Source: Callorhinchus milii (taxonomy: Eukaryota). Taken from it: a stretch of DNA of 64,000 nucleotides. A program made the position numbers and the translations under genes. The first letter of the stretch is position 1. Each line of letters opens with the position of its first letter. The notes under the pieces were generated by a model. It did not search any database. It had not been told where the DNA came from and saw only the letters and a program-made list of their open reading frames with translations. Where the stretch lies: assembly GCF_018977255.1 (NCBI RefSeq), contig NW_024704798.1, forward strand, positions 1 to 64,000, read 5' to 3'. Shown here piece by piece: positions 48,369 to 60,900 of the stretch.

Positions 48369-50805
48369 TCGATGAACAGAAACCTATAAAGCACCACACT
48401 GTCTGTACAAAGCCCCGTTAGTGTCAGAGATAGAGGAAAGCTCCCTCCAACCTGACCATCAAAACTTACAGGTCAAGGATAGAGACAAAGTAAATTTTCC
48501 TCTTCACCGTCCGTCCAACCTCTGATGTAAGAGTGTTTGGAGAGTTGTTCTGATTCGGTTAATACAAGAAGTTGGCGAGTGTCAATCTTTCTCTTCATGT
48601 CTATTTTTGTGATTGAGTACAATTTTATGTTTGTGTTTCTGTTTCGCAGTGTTTGAGTGCATCTGTGTTTTTGTATGTCTTAGTATATATGTGCCAATGT
48701 TTCAGTGTGTGTGTGTGCGTGTTTGTAGGTCAGTGTATGTGCGTGTGTAAGTATACACGCTTATGTGTATTCATGTATTTTTTGCGTGTTTTAGTAGGTA
48801 AATGACAATGTGTGTCTGTGTGTGTGTGAGTGTGTAGGTCAGTGTATGTGCGTTTATGTCTGTGATTTTATATGTTTTAAGATATATTTGCCAATCTGTG
48901 CGTGACCGTGCGTAGATTAGTGTGTGAGCGAGTGTGCAGAACAGTTTATGTAAGTGTCTATGTGCATGTGTAGGTTTCTGTGCGTGTGTGTTTCACTTTC
49001 TGTGTCAGTTTGTGAGTCTGCGTTTTTGTATCTTTCAGTCTGTATGTGTGAAATTGTGCTTGCGCTTGTGTTGATCAGTGTGTGTATAGATCAGTGTGTG
49101 TATAGACCAGTTTGTGTGTGAGTGTGTGTGCGTGTGTGGGTCAGTGTGTGTGTGTGATTGTGATGGAGGAAGTCAGTGCATGTGTTTGCTTGAGTGAACG
49201 TTTGCTGGTCGGTGTGTGTTTGTGTTTTAGTGTGTGCGTATTTGTGTGTGTGTGTGTGTGTCGGTGTCTGTGCTTTTGTGTGTTTTATTATGTATGCGTC
49301 AATATGCGAGTGTGTGGATCAGTGTGTGTGAGAGTGTGCGCGTGTGTGTTTGTGTGTGTTGGATTCGGGAGCAGTCGCCTTTCCCTCTCCATTACCACAC
49401 TTCCTCCCATACCATCAATGGTGATACCATCCTTATCTTATTGTGTTCATTTCTATTGCTCTCTCTATACATCAAGCACCTCATAAGCAACCAACCAACC
49501 ATCGCCCCACACGATAATCCCATCGCCAGAAAACGTGGCACATCAAAAAATCTGTACAACTGAATGTAAAAAAGAGGAAAAACAATAAAAAATTGCCATT
49601 CTCTACGTCTAATTCAATAACGATTTTTTCAAAAAAACGCGAGCGCAACACAGAAGCAAATCAAATCTGTTGGTTGTATTTCATTGTGGAAGAGGCCGTC
49701 GTTCAGTTGATTTGTTAAACCCCGCTCCCGTATTCTAGTTCAGGTGGAAGATAAAGAACCCACGACGAGATTGGAGAAGGAAAGGGAATTTCTCTATCCG
49801 AGTGACCCAGAAAACAACCCTCCAGATAAAGCTGCAGTGCGGCACGTCTGTTAGACATCTGGCTGGTGGAATAGCCAGCGGGCCACCTGGCAATCTGTGT
49901 AAGTGACCAGTTCTTCTGGTCAGTTACCGGGCAAGTGAACGGGTCATCTGCTTATTTAATTGGCAGGTGACTTGGTTGGCTGGTGACCGGGATGGGGAGC
50001 TGCTTTTCTATTACTTTCTGAGCTGGAATCAACCAGTAATGGCACAGTCGTCACCCGCCTTATTCCAGCTTCGCCATCGACATTCGTGTAGATGTCACAG
50101 ACCCGTCGTCAAACGCCACGGCCCTGTGCATTAACGTCATTTAGCGACTCTGTGTTTCTGAGTCAAATCCTTGACTCCCGTAACCCGATTTGGTGCATCA
50201 TGACACCAATAGTGTTCCGCAATCCGCCACATAGAAACGAGAACTATCACAGTCCCTAGGGTTTAGTGTGAGAATGTGGACGGATAGTGGTAAATTTGAA
50301 AGTGAGGTTAGCCTGGAGAGAGAAAGATAGTTTTCTTGATAGAATCAAATCAGATAGTATTATGTTCAGAATAGAGAGAGTGCGAGGAGTTGAGCTTGAC
50401 AAACGTGTGTGTTAATAGTTTGAGAGAAGCACCACAGCCCATGCATATCACAACCCTCGCATAATTTCATACACTTTATGTTGCTATAGTGTCTGTCAGC
50501 ATAAGTTATTTACAGGCATTCTGGGTTTTACTGTTGTGTTCCACATACTGCATGATGCAAATAAGTTAATGAATAACAACTATAAAATGTCGATATACTG
50601 GAGCAAACTGCATATTTCTTGATCTTTTCTTCTCTGCCCCAACCTCTATTAAAAATGCTATAGAGTACAGGTGTGTGATAGTTCTTTACAATGTCGACCC
50701 ACCATGTCCACACATGTGCAGAATGGCCTCTCTCGCCTCTGCCCTGAACCCCATGTTCCTGACTATCAGCCACGATTGTAAAGCGCTGCGGTTCCTTCTC
50801 CATAT

Positions 50806-52180
50806 CAGTCCAGTCATGTCACCATTACAGTCCAGTCATGTCACCATTAAAGTCCAATCACGTCACCATTACAGTCCAGTCATGTCACCTTTACAGTCCA
50901 GTCATGTCACCATTACATTCCAGTCATGTCACCATTAGAGTCCAAACATGTCACCATTAGAGTCCATTCATGTTACCATTACATTCCAGTCATGTCACCA
51001 TTACAGTCCAGTCATATCACAATTAGAGTCCAGTCATGCCACCATTACAGTCCAGATATATCACCATTACAGTCCAGTCATGTCACAATTACAGACCAAT
51101 TATGTCACCATTAGAGTCCAGTCATGTCACCATTAGAGTGGAGTCATGTCGCCATTACAGTCCATTCATGTCTCCATTACAGTCCAGTGATGTCACCATT
51201 ACAGTCCAGTCATGTCACCATTGCAGGCCAGTTACTTCAACATTACTATCCAGTTATGTCACCATTACCGTCCAGTCATGTCACAATTATAGTCCATTTA
51301 AGTCACCATTACAGTCCAGTCATGTCACCGTTACATTCCCGTCATGTCACTATTAGAGACCAGTCATGTCACCATTACTGTCCAGTAATGTCAGCATTAC
51401 AGTCCAGTTATGTCACCATTACCGTCCAGTCATGTCACAATTACAGTCCATTTAAGTCACCATTGCAGTCCAGTCATGTCACAATTGCAGTCCATTCATA
51501 TCCACATTACAGTCCAGTCATGTCACCATTACAGTCCAGTCATGTCACCATTACTGTCCAGTCGTGTCACCATTACAGTACAGTTATGTCACCATCACCG
51601 TCCAGTCATGTCACCATTACCGTCCAGTCATGTCACAATTATAATCCATTTAAGTCACCATTACAGTCCAGTCATGTCACTATTGCAGTCCATTCATGTC
51701 ACCATTGCAATCCAGTCATGTCACCATTACAGTCCAATCATGTCACCATTACCGTCAAATCATGTCACAATTAGAGTCCAATCATGTCAACATTGTAGTC
51801 CAGTAATGTCAACATTGTAGTCCAGTAATGTCAGCATTACAGAACACTCAGTCACCATTAGGGTCCAGTCATGACAGCATTACAGTCAGTCATGTTGCCG
51901 TTAAAGTCCAGTGATGCCAGCATTAAGGTCCAATCATGTCAGCATTGCAGTCCATTCAGGTCAATTCTAAGGTGCAGTGATGTCTCAGTAGCAGTCTAAT
52001 GATGTCACCATTACAGTACAGTCATCTCACCATTACAGTCCAGTCATGTCACTTTTACAGTCCAGTTCATTGAATCACCGTTACAGTCCAGCTATTCCAC
52101 CATTACATACCAATGACGTCACCATTACATTCCCGTGATATCTCAAATGCAGTCCAGTGATGTCACCATTGCAGTCCAGG
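50806..52180 (+). repeat. Second degenerate 22-bp array (CAGTCCAGTCATGTCACCATTA)n, roughly 60 units
   Basis: Same consensus as 2030-3615. Confidence 0.95.
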
Positions 52181-52970
52181 TTGCCATTTTCTTGCTCTCA
52201 CTGAGCTACCTGGGTCACACCCACAGGTTTGCGCTGTGTGAGGAATCGCCACCTAATGTCTGCATTTGGTATTACTTTATGAGGCAGATCTTGTGTGCGT
52301 GTGTGAGTCTGAGACTGTGATCTTATGTCCACTGCCACTGTAACCTGACAATGGATTTAAAAGCTTTATCTGTTCAGCTCTGTGGAGAGAATACAAATCG
52401 TATAATTTTGGTTTACTACTGATACTGTGTGGTTCAGATTACTAGTATCTGCGCTTATTCCTTTTACTGTAGCTCATGGGGATTGACAAATGGTTGCGAA
52501 TGTTCCGTTTTCACTTCATTCACAATATAACACATTTCTGCATATCTATATCGGTGCAGTTAATGATCAACAACATTTTATCACAACAACAGAAATCCTT
52601 TACCCTGTAAACTGACACTATAAGGAGCTCCTGGCTGAGTCTTTTACTCACTGAGCAGCCAAAATGTGACAAACTCCGGGAAACACCAGCACAAGCATCG
52701 CACAGAGCGAAATACTCTTCGGAAAATTACCTGCCTGGTATATACTTTCCTGGATAAAGTTGTGTAAAATGCTATTGTTCACTCACAGAACAAACGAGTT
52801 TTAGAGAAACGGTCAGTCTAACAAGCGAGAGAAACACAGAGATGAGGAACCAGGAAGCTGAGAAGAGAGTACGGATGCAAGTTTCTGTAGCTCCGCCTGG
52901 CTTCACTATCCTGAGCAGCTCCAAACACTGAGCTTCTCACCGCTGAAATTGTTCCATCCAAAGTCACGCA

Positions 52971-53494
52971 ATGACCTGCAGCAGCCGCCGCCGCCGCTTC
53001 ACCCGAAATCGCCAAGAAACAAGTTGACCCGTTGCTGGAATCCAGCTTCAAACTGATGGAAGAGGTCCATCAGATAGTGGCGAGTGCTGAGCAGCGCACT
53101 GGCATATCCGTGGTCGCCATGAATAATGCACTAGACGCCAAAGGCTACAAGACGGTAACTCACAAATTCCACGTCAGGAGTCCTTTGAAGGGACAGACGG
53201 AGAAAAGTTTCCTGACCCAGACCAAGGGCATCAGCGCCACCGTCTCCTACAAACACAAAAGTGCAACCAGGCAAATAATCCGACCCCGCTGGGGAAGACA
53301 GGGGTCACCAAGAAATGTACTCACGGTGAAACGTACAGTGAGAAAGCCAAATTCACCCCGTTAACCACCATTGTCTAATAGAATCAGCAAAGCCAAGTCT
53401 TCCGGTGCCAAATGACAGAGAAACCGATAGCGTATAACACGCCAATACCTACCAAAACAAGAAAGCTCTAAAGAAGACGGAATCCGCAGCAGAC
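52971..53494 (+). pseudogene. Divergent histone H1-like pseudogene
   Basis: Frame reads AAAAAAASPEIAKKQ...IVASAEQRTGISVVAMNNALDAKGY...LTQTKGISATVSYK, matching the H1 globular pattern (ERSGVSL..LKKAL...GY...LVQTKG.GASGSFKL); ATG at 52971 is out of frame; tail has stops; upstream AAACACA (52832) and GC box (52891). Confidence 0.7.
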
Positions 53495-53626
53495 NNNNNN
53501 NNNNNNNNNNNNNNNNNNNNNNNNNNNNNNNNNNNNNNNNNNNNNNNNNNNNNNNNNNNNNNNNNNNNNNNNNNNNNNNNNNNNNNNNNNNNNNNNNNNN
53601 NNNNNNNNNNNNNNNNNNNNNNNNNN
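53495..53626. other. Assembly gap (N run)
   Basis: Run of n characters. Confidence 0.99.
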
Positions 53627-54000
53627 AGGCCATTCGGACCTTCGAGTCTGTCCCGCCATTAAATAATGGCTGATCTTTTAATCTAACTCCAGCTACTAAC
53701 CTGACCCTGCCTTATCTCCACATTCCTTAATCCGTTTTGCCATAAGAAATCTATCCATTTCAGTCTTGAACATGTTCAAGGACTGAGCGTCAACAGCCCT
53801 TTGGGCAGTGAGCTCCATACATTCACCACCATTTGAGTGAAGACATTCTTCCTTAACTCAGTGCGAAAGAGCTACCTCTGATTTTAAGAATGTAACCATT
53901 GGTTTTAGTTTCTCCAACCAGGGGAAACAATCTCCCACTATCTATTCGATCATGCACTTTGATGATCGTACAGGTTTCTACAAGATCCCGTCTAATTCGT
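53627..54000 (-). mobile_element. CR1 LINE 3' end
   Basis: AGGCCATTCGGACCTTCGAGTCTGTCCCGCCATT is the reverse complement of the tail seen at 11430. Confidence 0.75.
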
Positions 54001-54859
54001 CTATTATGATACTGAAATAAACAACAGCTACCGGGAGAGATGACGAGGAAAGAAATTGATTTCCCTGTCTGACCACACTCTAGAATTAGATGGTAATACC
54101 CAGAACGGGTAAATGAGTAATAAAATCAATGACATCGGATTAAGTGGGGAATTATTCATTTACGTAAACAGATACAAGAGATTGAGAATGTATTCTTTTA
54201 TTATAAAACAATCTCGAGCTATGGCTCAGAGTCTCGATGCGAAGTCAAAGCGGCAAAACAAATGCAGATTGTTTCTTCTTTTGTTGAAATCGTAAGAATA
54301 TTTTAATTGAATACTCTTGGAGCTGTAATACCGCGGTCAGCCAATGTACGGGGGTGTTGTAATGTGAAAACACTAAAGGAATTACAGTGCGGCACCGCAA
54401 ACTGCTGGACATGCGCTTGTACTGCAGGTCTCAAAGCCTCTTCAATCTGCCTGGAGTTGGGGGCATTTTAAATTCCTCCCCATTTCAGTGAGTGATTATT
54501 GACAGTTTTCAGCAAACAGGACACTTGGGATAAGTAGCCCTGCAGGGGTTCAACTGGGACGTCTTTCCGACGTGAAGGGCGCTACATAAGTGTAATTTGT
54601 TGGTGTACACTATCCCAGTTGAACCCCAGCAGTCCTGTACACTGTTGTTGCCACGTCCCTTCCAGCCCCTCCCCATCCACAAACAAATCCACACGCAGCT
54701 CCTCCCATCCTCACCCACACAAAGGCCTACCATCCTCACACACAAACAGCCCCTCCCCCTTATCACCCACACTCATTCCCTCCCACTTATCACCCCCTCC
54801 TCAATTACACTAAGAGCCTCCCCTTCATCACCCAAACCCAATCCCTTCCCCTGCACTAA

Positions 54860-55225
54860 CACCATGGTGTAACACCAGCTCATCACTAACACCATGTTGA
54901 CCAGCTCAGCACTAACAGCATGGTGATCATTTCAGCATTAGTACCATGGTGACCAGCTCAGCACTAACACTATGCTGACCAGCTGAGCAATAACATCATG
55001 CTGACCAGCTCAGCACTAAGACCATGGTGGCCTGCTCAGCACAACCACCATGGTGACCAGCTCAGCACTAACACCATAGTGAACAGCTCAGCACTAACAC
55101 ATGGTGACCAAATCAGCACGAGCACCACGGTGACCAGCTCAGCACTAACACAATAGTGACCAGTTCAACACTTACCCCATGGTAACCAGCTCAGCGTTCA
55201 CACCATTGTGAACATCTTAGCACAA
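54860..55225 (+). repeat. ~26-bp minisatellite (ACCAGCTCAGCACTAACACCATGGTG)n, about 14 units
   Basis: Directly visible. Confidence 0.88.
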
Positions 55226-55469
55226 ACACCATGGTTACCATCAGTGACTGCACGCATTGTGGATGTTGTGTAGATCTATACAGAGCCTCTGTTATTATTG
55301 TGGCTTTGTTTAGCATCAGAATGGCGTGTCTGACTCTGCACATTCTCATCCGTTGATTAATGTGTGACCGTTTGATGAGGTATAAACTGACAAAGCTTTG
55401 CTTATGAAAAGTAATGTTTAATATCAATTGTGCAAGGTTATACATAATTAGAACACATTTATAATACTT

Positions 55470-55960
55470 CGTGCAGCTCTGTTCCCCACATTATAGAAGA
55501 GATGTAGAGTCACTGAAGATGGTACGAAGGAGATTCACAAGGCAGATCCGAGAGCTGAGAGGTTATACCTATGAGGAATGGTTGAACGATATCTTGGTAC
55601 TCGACTCTTTTCTCTTGAAAAGAGTAGGGCGAAAGTTGAACTGATGGCGGTCTTTAAAATGTATTAGACGTAGGGTAGACGTAGAAACGATATTTCCACT
55701 TCGAGGGGAGACAAAAACCAATGGCTATCAATGTAAAGCAATCACAAGTAGACCAAGTAGGGAAGTTGGAAGCAGCTTGTTTACAGGGAGAGTAGTGGGC
55801 ATGTGGAACATGGTGCCAGAATCAGCTGTTCACGCAAATAAGATATATATATTTAAGGGAAAGTTACATAGGTACATGAGCGAGAAAGGAGTAAAAGGTT
55901 TTGCTTGACAGCATAGATGAGGGGTTTAGGAGGAGTCTCATGTTGCGCCGAAAGGCCTGT
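55470..55960 (+). mobile_element. Decayed CR1 LINE 3' fragment
   Basis: Resembles the 42750-43150 CR1 segment (CCCCACATTATAGAAGAGATGTAGAG...AGGAGATTCACAAGG). Confidence 0.65.
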
Positions 55961-56234
55961 TTCTGCCTGGACTTGGGGGCATCAAAATTCCACCACCCCC
56001 ACATTCAGAGCGTGATTAATGTCAGCTTTGGGCAACCAGGAAACTGGGGATAAGTTACCCCGTGTTGGGTTCAAATGGGACGTCTTTCCGACGTGAAGGG
56101 CGCTACACAATTCTAATTTATTGATATATGTTGTCGTTGCCTCCTGCGAACACAAAACCAAAATCAGACCCTCCCCATCCTCACTCATACGCAGCCCCTC
56201 TCCATCCTCACTCACATCCAACCCCTCCCCTTCA

Positions 56235-56900
56235 AAAACAACAATAACATGATTGCATTCTTGTAGCGCCTTTCACGTATGGAGGACGTCCCAAGGCGCT
56301 GGACAAAGTACGGTATTTCAGACTCGAGCTGGAGTCGGGTGGGAAAGGGCTGGGGGCAGCGGAAGGAGTTTTCCCGATGACATTGTCTTGAGAGGTGAGG
56401 CAGTGGCGGAGTCGGTATATGGTACTGAGTTGAGGGAAAGCTGCTCTGGTCATGGCTTGAAAGTGGGGAGAAAAGACATTTGAGTGTTGAACAAGTCACT
56501 TGTGTTCCTGCCTGGCTTGGTGAGTTGTAGTGTGCAACCAATACGGTTGATGCTGCTGGAGCTGAGGTGTAGAGGCGCTGGCGCGAGCCAATCAGGACTG
56601 CCTCAGTCTTGTTCACATTCAGCTGTAAGAAATTCGCCCTCATCCAGGACTTGATGTCCGACAGGCAGTCTGTCGAGACATCAGTGTCCTGAGTTGAGTT
56701 GGGGGCAGACAGGCACTCTGTCGGGACAACAGTGGCCTGGAGTTGAGGTGGAGGCAGAAAGATAGAGTTCGGTGTCATCCGCATACGTGCGGAAGTTAAC
56801 CCCATGTCTGTGGGTGATGTCAGCATGGAGGAACATGTGTATATTAAAGAGGAGAGGGCCAAGGACAGAGCCCTGGGGGACGCCAAACGTGACGTGACTC
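56235..56900 (-). mobile_element. L2 LINE RT fragment with 3' tail
   Basis: [17 protein letters not shown]...HGVNFRTYADDTELY and IKSWMRANFLQLNVNKTEAVLIG. Confidence 0.88.
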
Positions 56901-57954
56901 GTCACAAGGATTCAGCCCCTGCCCATGATCACACACAAAAAGCTCATCCCCATCTACGCCCAATCCCATCTCCTCGACCTACGCTCCCATACCCAGCCGC
57001 TCCTCTTTCTCCTTAAATCCTCACCCAACACTCCCACCTTCACCGATATTGAGACCCTCCCATTCCTCAACCAAAGTACGCCAGATTCTCTCAATCCTAA
57101 ACCGCACCTACCCTTCCTCATTCTCACCACCACCACCCCACACCTCACACAACCAGTCCCCCCACCCTCAGCCACAATCAATTCCTCGCCTTCGTCAACC
57201 ACAACCAAGCCCTGCCAATCCTTACCACTCCAAGCCCCTCAACCACACCTTGACCCCACATCAACCCTAACCAGCACCACACGCCCTTTCACACACCTAA
57301 CCCCATCCTTCAAACATTTTTCCAATCGTCAACTACACCCAACCTCTGTTTATCTTGAAGCAAGTAGGAAATTGGTTGGTAGTCGATTCGCTGATCATAT
57401 TTTTCGGGATAATAACGGCTCCGAAGATTCAATAACGGTTTGGTCACTCAATAAACGACTGTTTGTGGGACTCTGCTGTGCGCCAATCCCTGCACCATTC
57501 ATTCAAATATATATTGTCAACTCACGTTGACATTGAAGCGCATTGAGACGTCTGGAAGACGTGAAAAACTTTATAGCCTTTGTGATTCTTATTATTATTT
57601 GGAAGAAATTCGATGGAAAGCAACTCATGAATGGGCCAAACTGTTTTTCTTTTTAGATGTTCATCAGATTTCAACATATTTTATTTTATTTCCAATATTT
57701 ATTCACACAACAAATAAAATGCTTCTGAGTAACAAGTTTACAACGCTTCCGTGGAGGAGTGCACAGTGAGCATACTCAAACACATTTCATAACATATTTG
57801 TGACATTTTGTCTTTCAATACACAATAACAAATCCTTTCTTACGCAGACAGAACAAGCGCATATTGGGGATTGGTTCATCATGTTATAAGGCTTCCCTTT
57901 TTGTGAATGCATTCACTGATATTTGTGAAGTTCCACGATGTGCGAACTCAAGTC

Positions 57955-60900
57955 TTACCTTAACTTTATGAATTTAGCAACGATACGAAATGGATAAACT
58001 ATTCCTTTCCGAAGCTCTTCTCTGAACTTGGTCTGAGTCAAAGCATAAATGCAGGTGTTGGTACAGCAACTCAACCTTTGAAGCATGATTCCGGTTTCTT
58101 GCACGATGTACCGCTTATTAATGACAAATGCTGCGGTGTAATTAAAATTGGAAAGTTGCCATTTGAAGGAATATGAAACAAAAGTTAACCAAAGCAGTAT
58201 AAGACTACCCGATATGGCGAAGAGTAAAATGACGGATTTTCTTCGGTTTTCTAACTCTGGATCACTTGCTTTCTCAGCATTTCTCTGACCCAGTAGCCTC
58301 CTGCGGACTCTATTGGCCATCATAATGTGCCTGATAGTCAGAGCGTTAAACAGGCAAACGAAAGCAAAACCAAACATGGGAACAACAATACGGTGAAGCC
58401 TTTCAAACGCTTTCCAGGTGTCCAAGGTATGAAAGCTTGTTTTGATGACGCAGTACCATGGGATGTTGTTAATTATAATATAGGGATCAAACATAAAATA
58501 GCAGGGAATGCTCAGTGAGCAGATGAAAATAGACAGAGTTACAATGACCACTGTGGCCATCCTCTCAGTGCAATATATTGGTTTCAGCTTTTGGCAGCAA
58601 ATGGCTACAAAACGATCAAAAGTGAAAGCCACAGTGAACCACAGAGAGCTGTGGATAGCGATACTCATCAATACAACTCTAGTACTACACACTGGAGTGT
58701 AGAATAAGATGTTTAATGGGAAATACAGATTGTTTATTTTATTCAGCAACACATCTACAAGGACAACCAGGAGATCAGCCGCCGCCATGGCTACCAAATA
58801 GCGAGTGATGCACTTGGAGAGACCGCACTTTCCTCTTAACAGGACCGCAATCGCCAGCAAATTAACTGCGAGAAGCAATAAAAGCAGAAAACGTCACATA
58901 TACAAATAAAAATTGCTATGTTAAAAATTTAAAGATGTGTCATATCTGGTTGCGTTTTCATTGAATTGTTTCAAGTATGTTCACATAAAATGCAGTTACT
59001 CCCAAATTTACTGTAAATCATGAAAAGCTGAGAGAAAAGTGCTGAAAGGCTGACGGCACAAGGACATTATTCATTTACATAATTTAGTTTGATATAACAT
59101 GTAAACCTGAGATATGTTCGGCAGCGTTTACTGTCGATTGTTTCAACTACTTCCAAAGAGAAATTACTTGAAAAGTTTAGGTTATTATAACGTTCACTCG
59201 CTCAGTGCCTGGTTCTCTGTCATACTCCCATTTAGGAATTCAGTATCATGTCCTTCAGAATAGATTTGAAATACGGGGCTCAGAGAGAGAGAGAAGCGCA
59301 TTCCCTGATATCTCGTGAAATCAACATTAATATCAGGAATACTTCCAATAAGCTATCCATACCTATTATTTTCCCATAAGCAAAGTGTCGAGTCCAAGAT
59401 CACTAGCCTGCAAATGTTGTGGGCTATCTCTGACAAGACGAAGTGTTGATAAAAATACATAAACGAAACATATAACTTTGAATATGTTGGAGTTCTGGAG
59501 AGTTGGTTCAACGCAATTTCCAGTGGAATCAATGTCGAGTCTATTTTCTCAGTTTTAAGAGTAAGTTAATCTATTTGTATTATTTGATAAACGATGGATT
59601 ATTACACCGCTGTTTCGTTCATCTCCACCCGAATCTCTTAAAATATGCAAAGAGAAAAAAAGATAATTGTAAAACTCGTTGACTTCGATAGTATTGTTAA
59701 AAATCAGATGGAAAGTGTCTACTTGGAAAAGGTGAAATAATAAAAAAAGAACAATTCTGTCATTTCGTGCAACGATTTGTCTTCCATAGTAAACAATGAA
59801 ACACTAAGCTATACAAATAATCGATCTTGACGTAAAATAGTATTACACACTATATTCATTGTACTTTGGAGTCATATTACTCTGTTCCATATAATTAGAA
59901 TGTAGAAGGTCTGAAGTAAACATTGTCAGGAATAAAATATTTTGGGATTGATTCGGTGTGGAGCTTTTGCTGTATAGCTCCTGCAATATTGCTCAATTTG
60001 ACTTTTCAGATACAAAATTAATCATTTCTTTTTAATAGCATCTTATGTGGATTTAAATCTACAAACGTGATACGAGATTGGAGACTTCTTTCGATTCAGA
60101 GCAGTTATAATAGAATCAGAGAACATTAAAAACCAAAGCAATCTATTCAGCCGAGAGGGTCCGCACTGGTTACCAAAAGAAAATTTGCATAGGCTTTTAC
60201 TGCCCAACATACCCTTATAGCTTTTTTAGCTCATTTCTTTAAAATCTTACCCACTTTGCTTTTTAATCCCCAAATGGGTTATGCCAGGCCATTCCACATC
60301 CCAACAACACTCTGAGTAAAAAAGATCAAGAAAGCCTCCCTGCTTCTTTCTTCTTGTGATTAACTTGTAACTTTGGCCACAAGGCAGCGATACTCTGTTG
60401 TTGCAAATAGCTTTCAACTGTTCACTCTTACAAAATCCTACATATTTTCATACTCCTATAATTTCCCTTACCAACCTTCTCTGCTCAAATGAAAATCGAC
60501 CCAACTTGTCCAATCGTTCCTCATTACCAATGTTCATCATCCCTGGTGTCACATTCTTGTGCAGCTTCTCTCAACTCACCAAATCCTTGACTTATTTCCT
60601 AAAAAGAGACTGAATGCATATCTCCAGCCGCTGCCTTAGCAATGCTTTTTTTGCAAAGTTAGGATTATTGCTGCAGTTTCCTACTCTACGCTTATTTATG
60701 AACTCTGTCGGCAAAAACAGCTTGCATAAAAATTACTTTCATGCATGGAGCAACCATATGTGATGAAAAGCAGCAGGGCTTGTCACCAAGCGGGGAGAGA
60801 TTGTGGAAGTGAACATTGACTGTATCAAAAAGGAAGGTAATCAGATAAGTTCGGAAAACAGGTAACCGGGAAACACCGAGGAGGCATTGAGGCAGAGATT

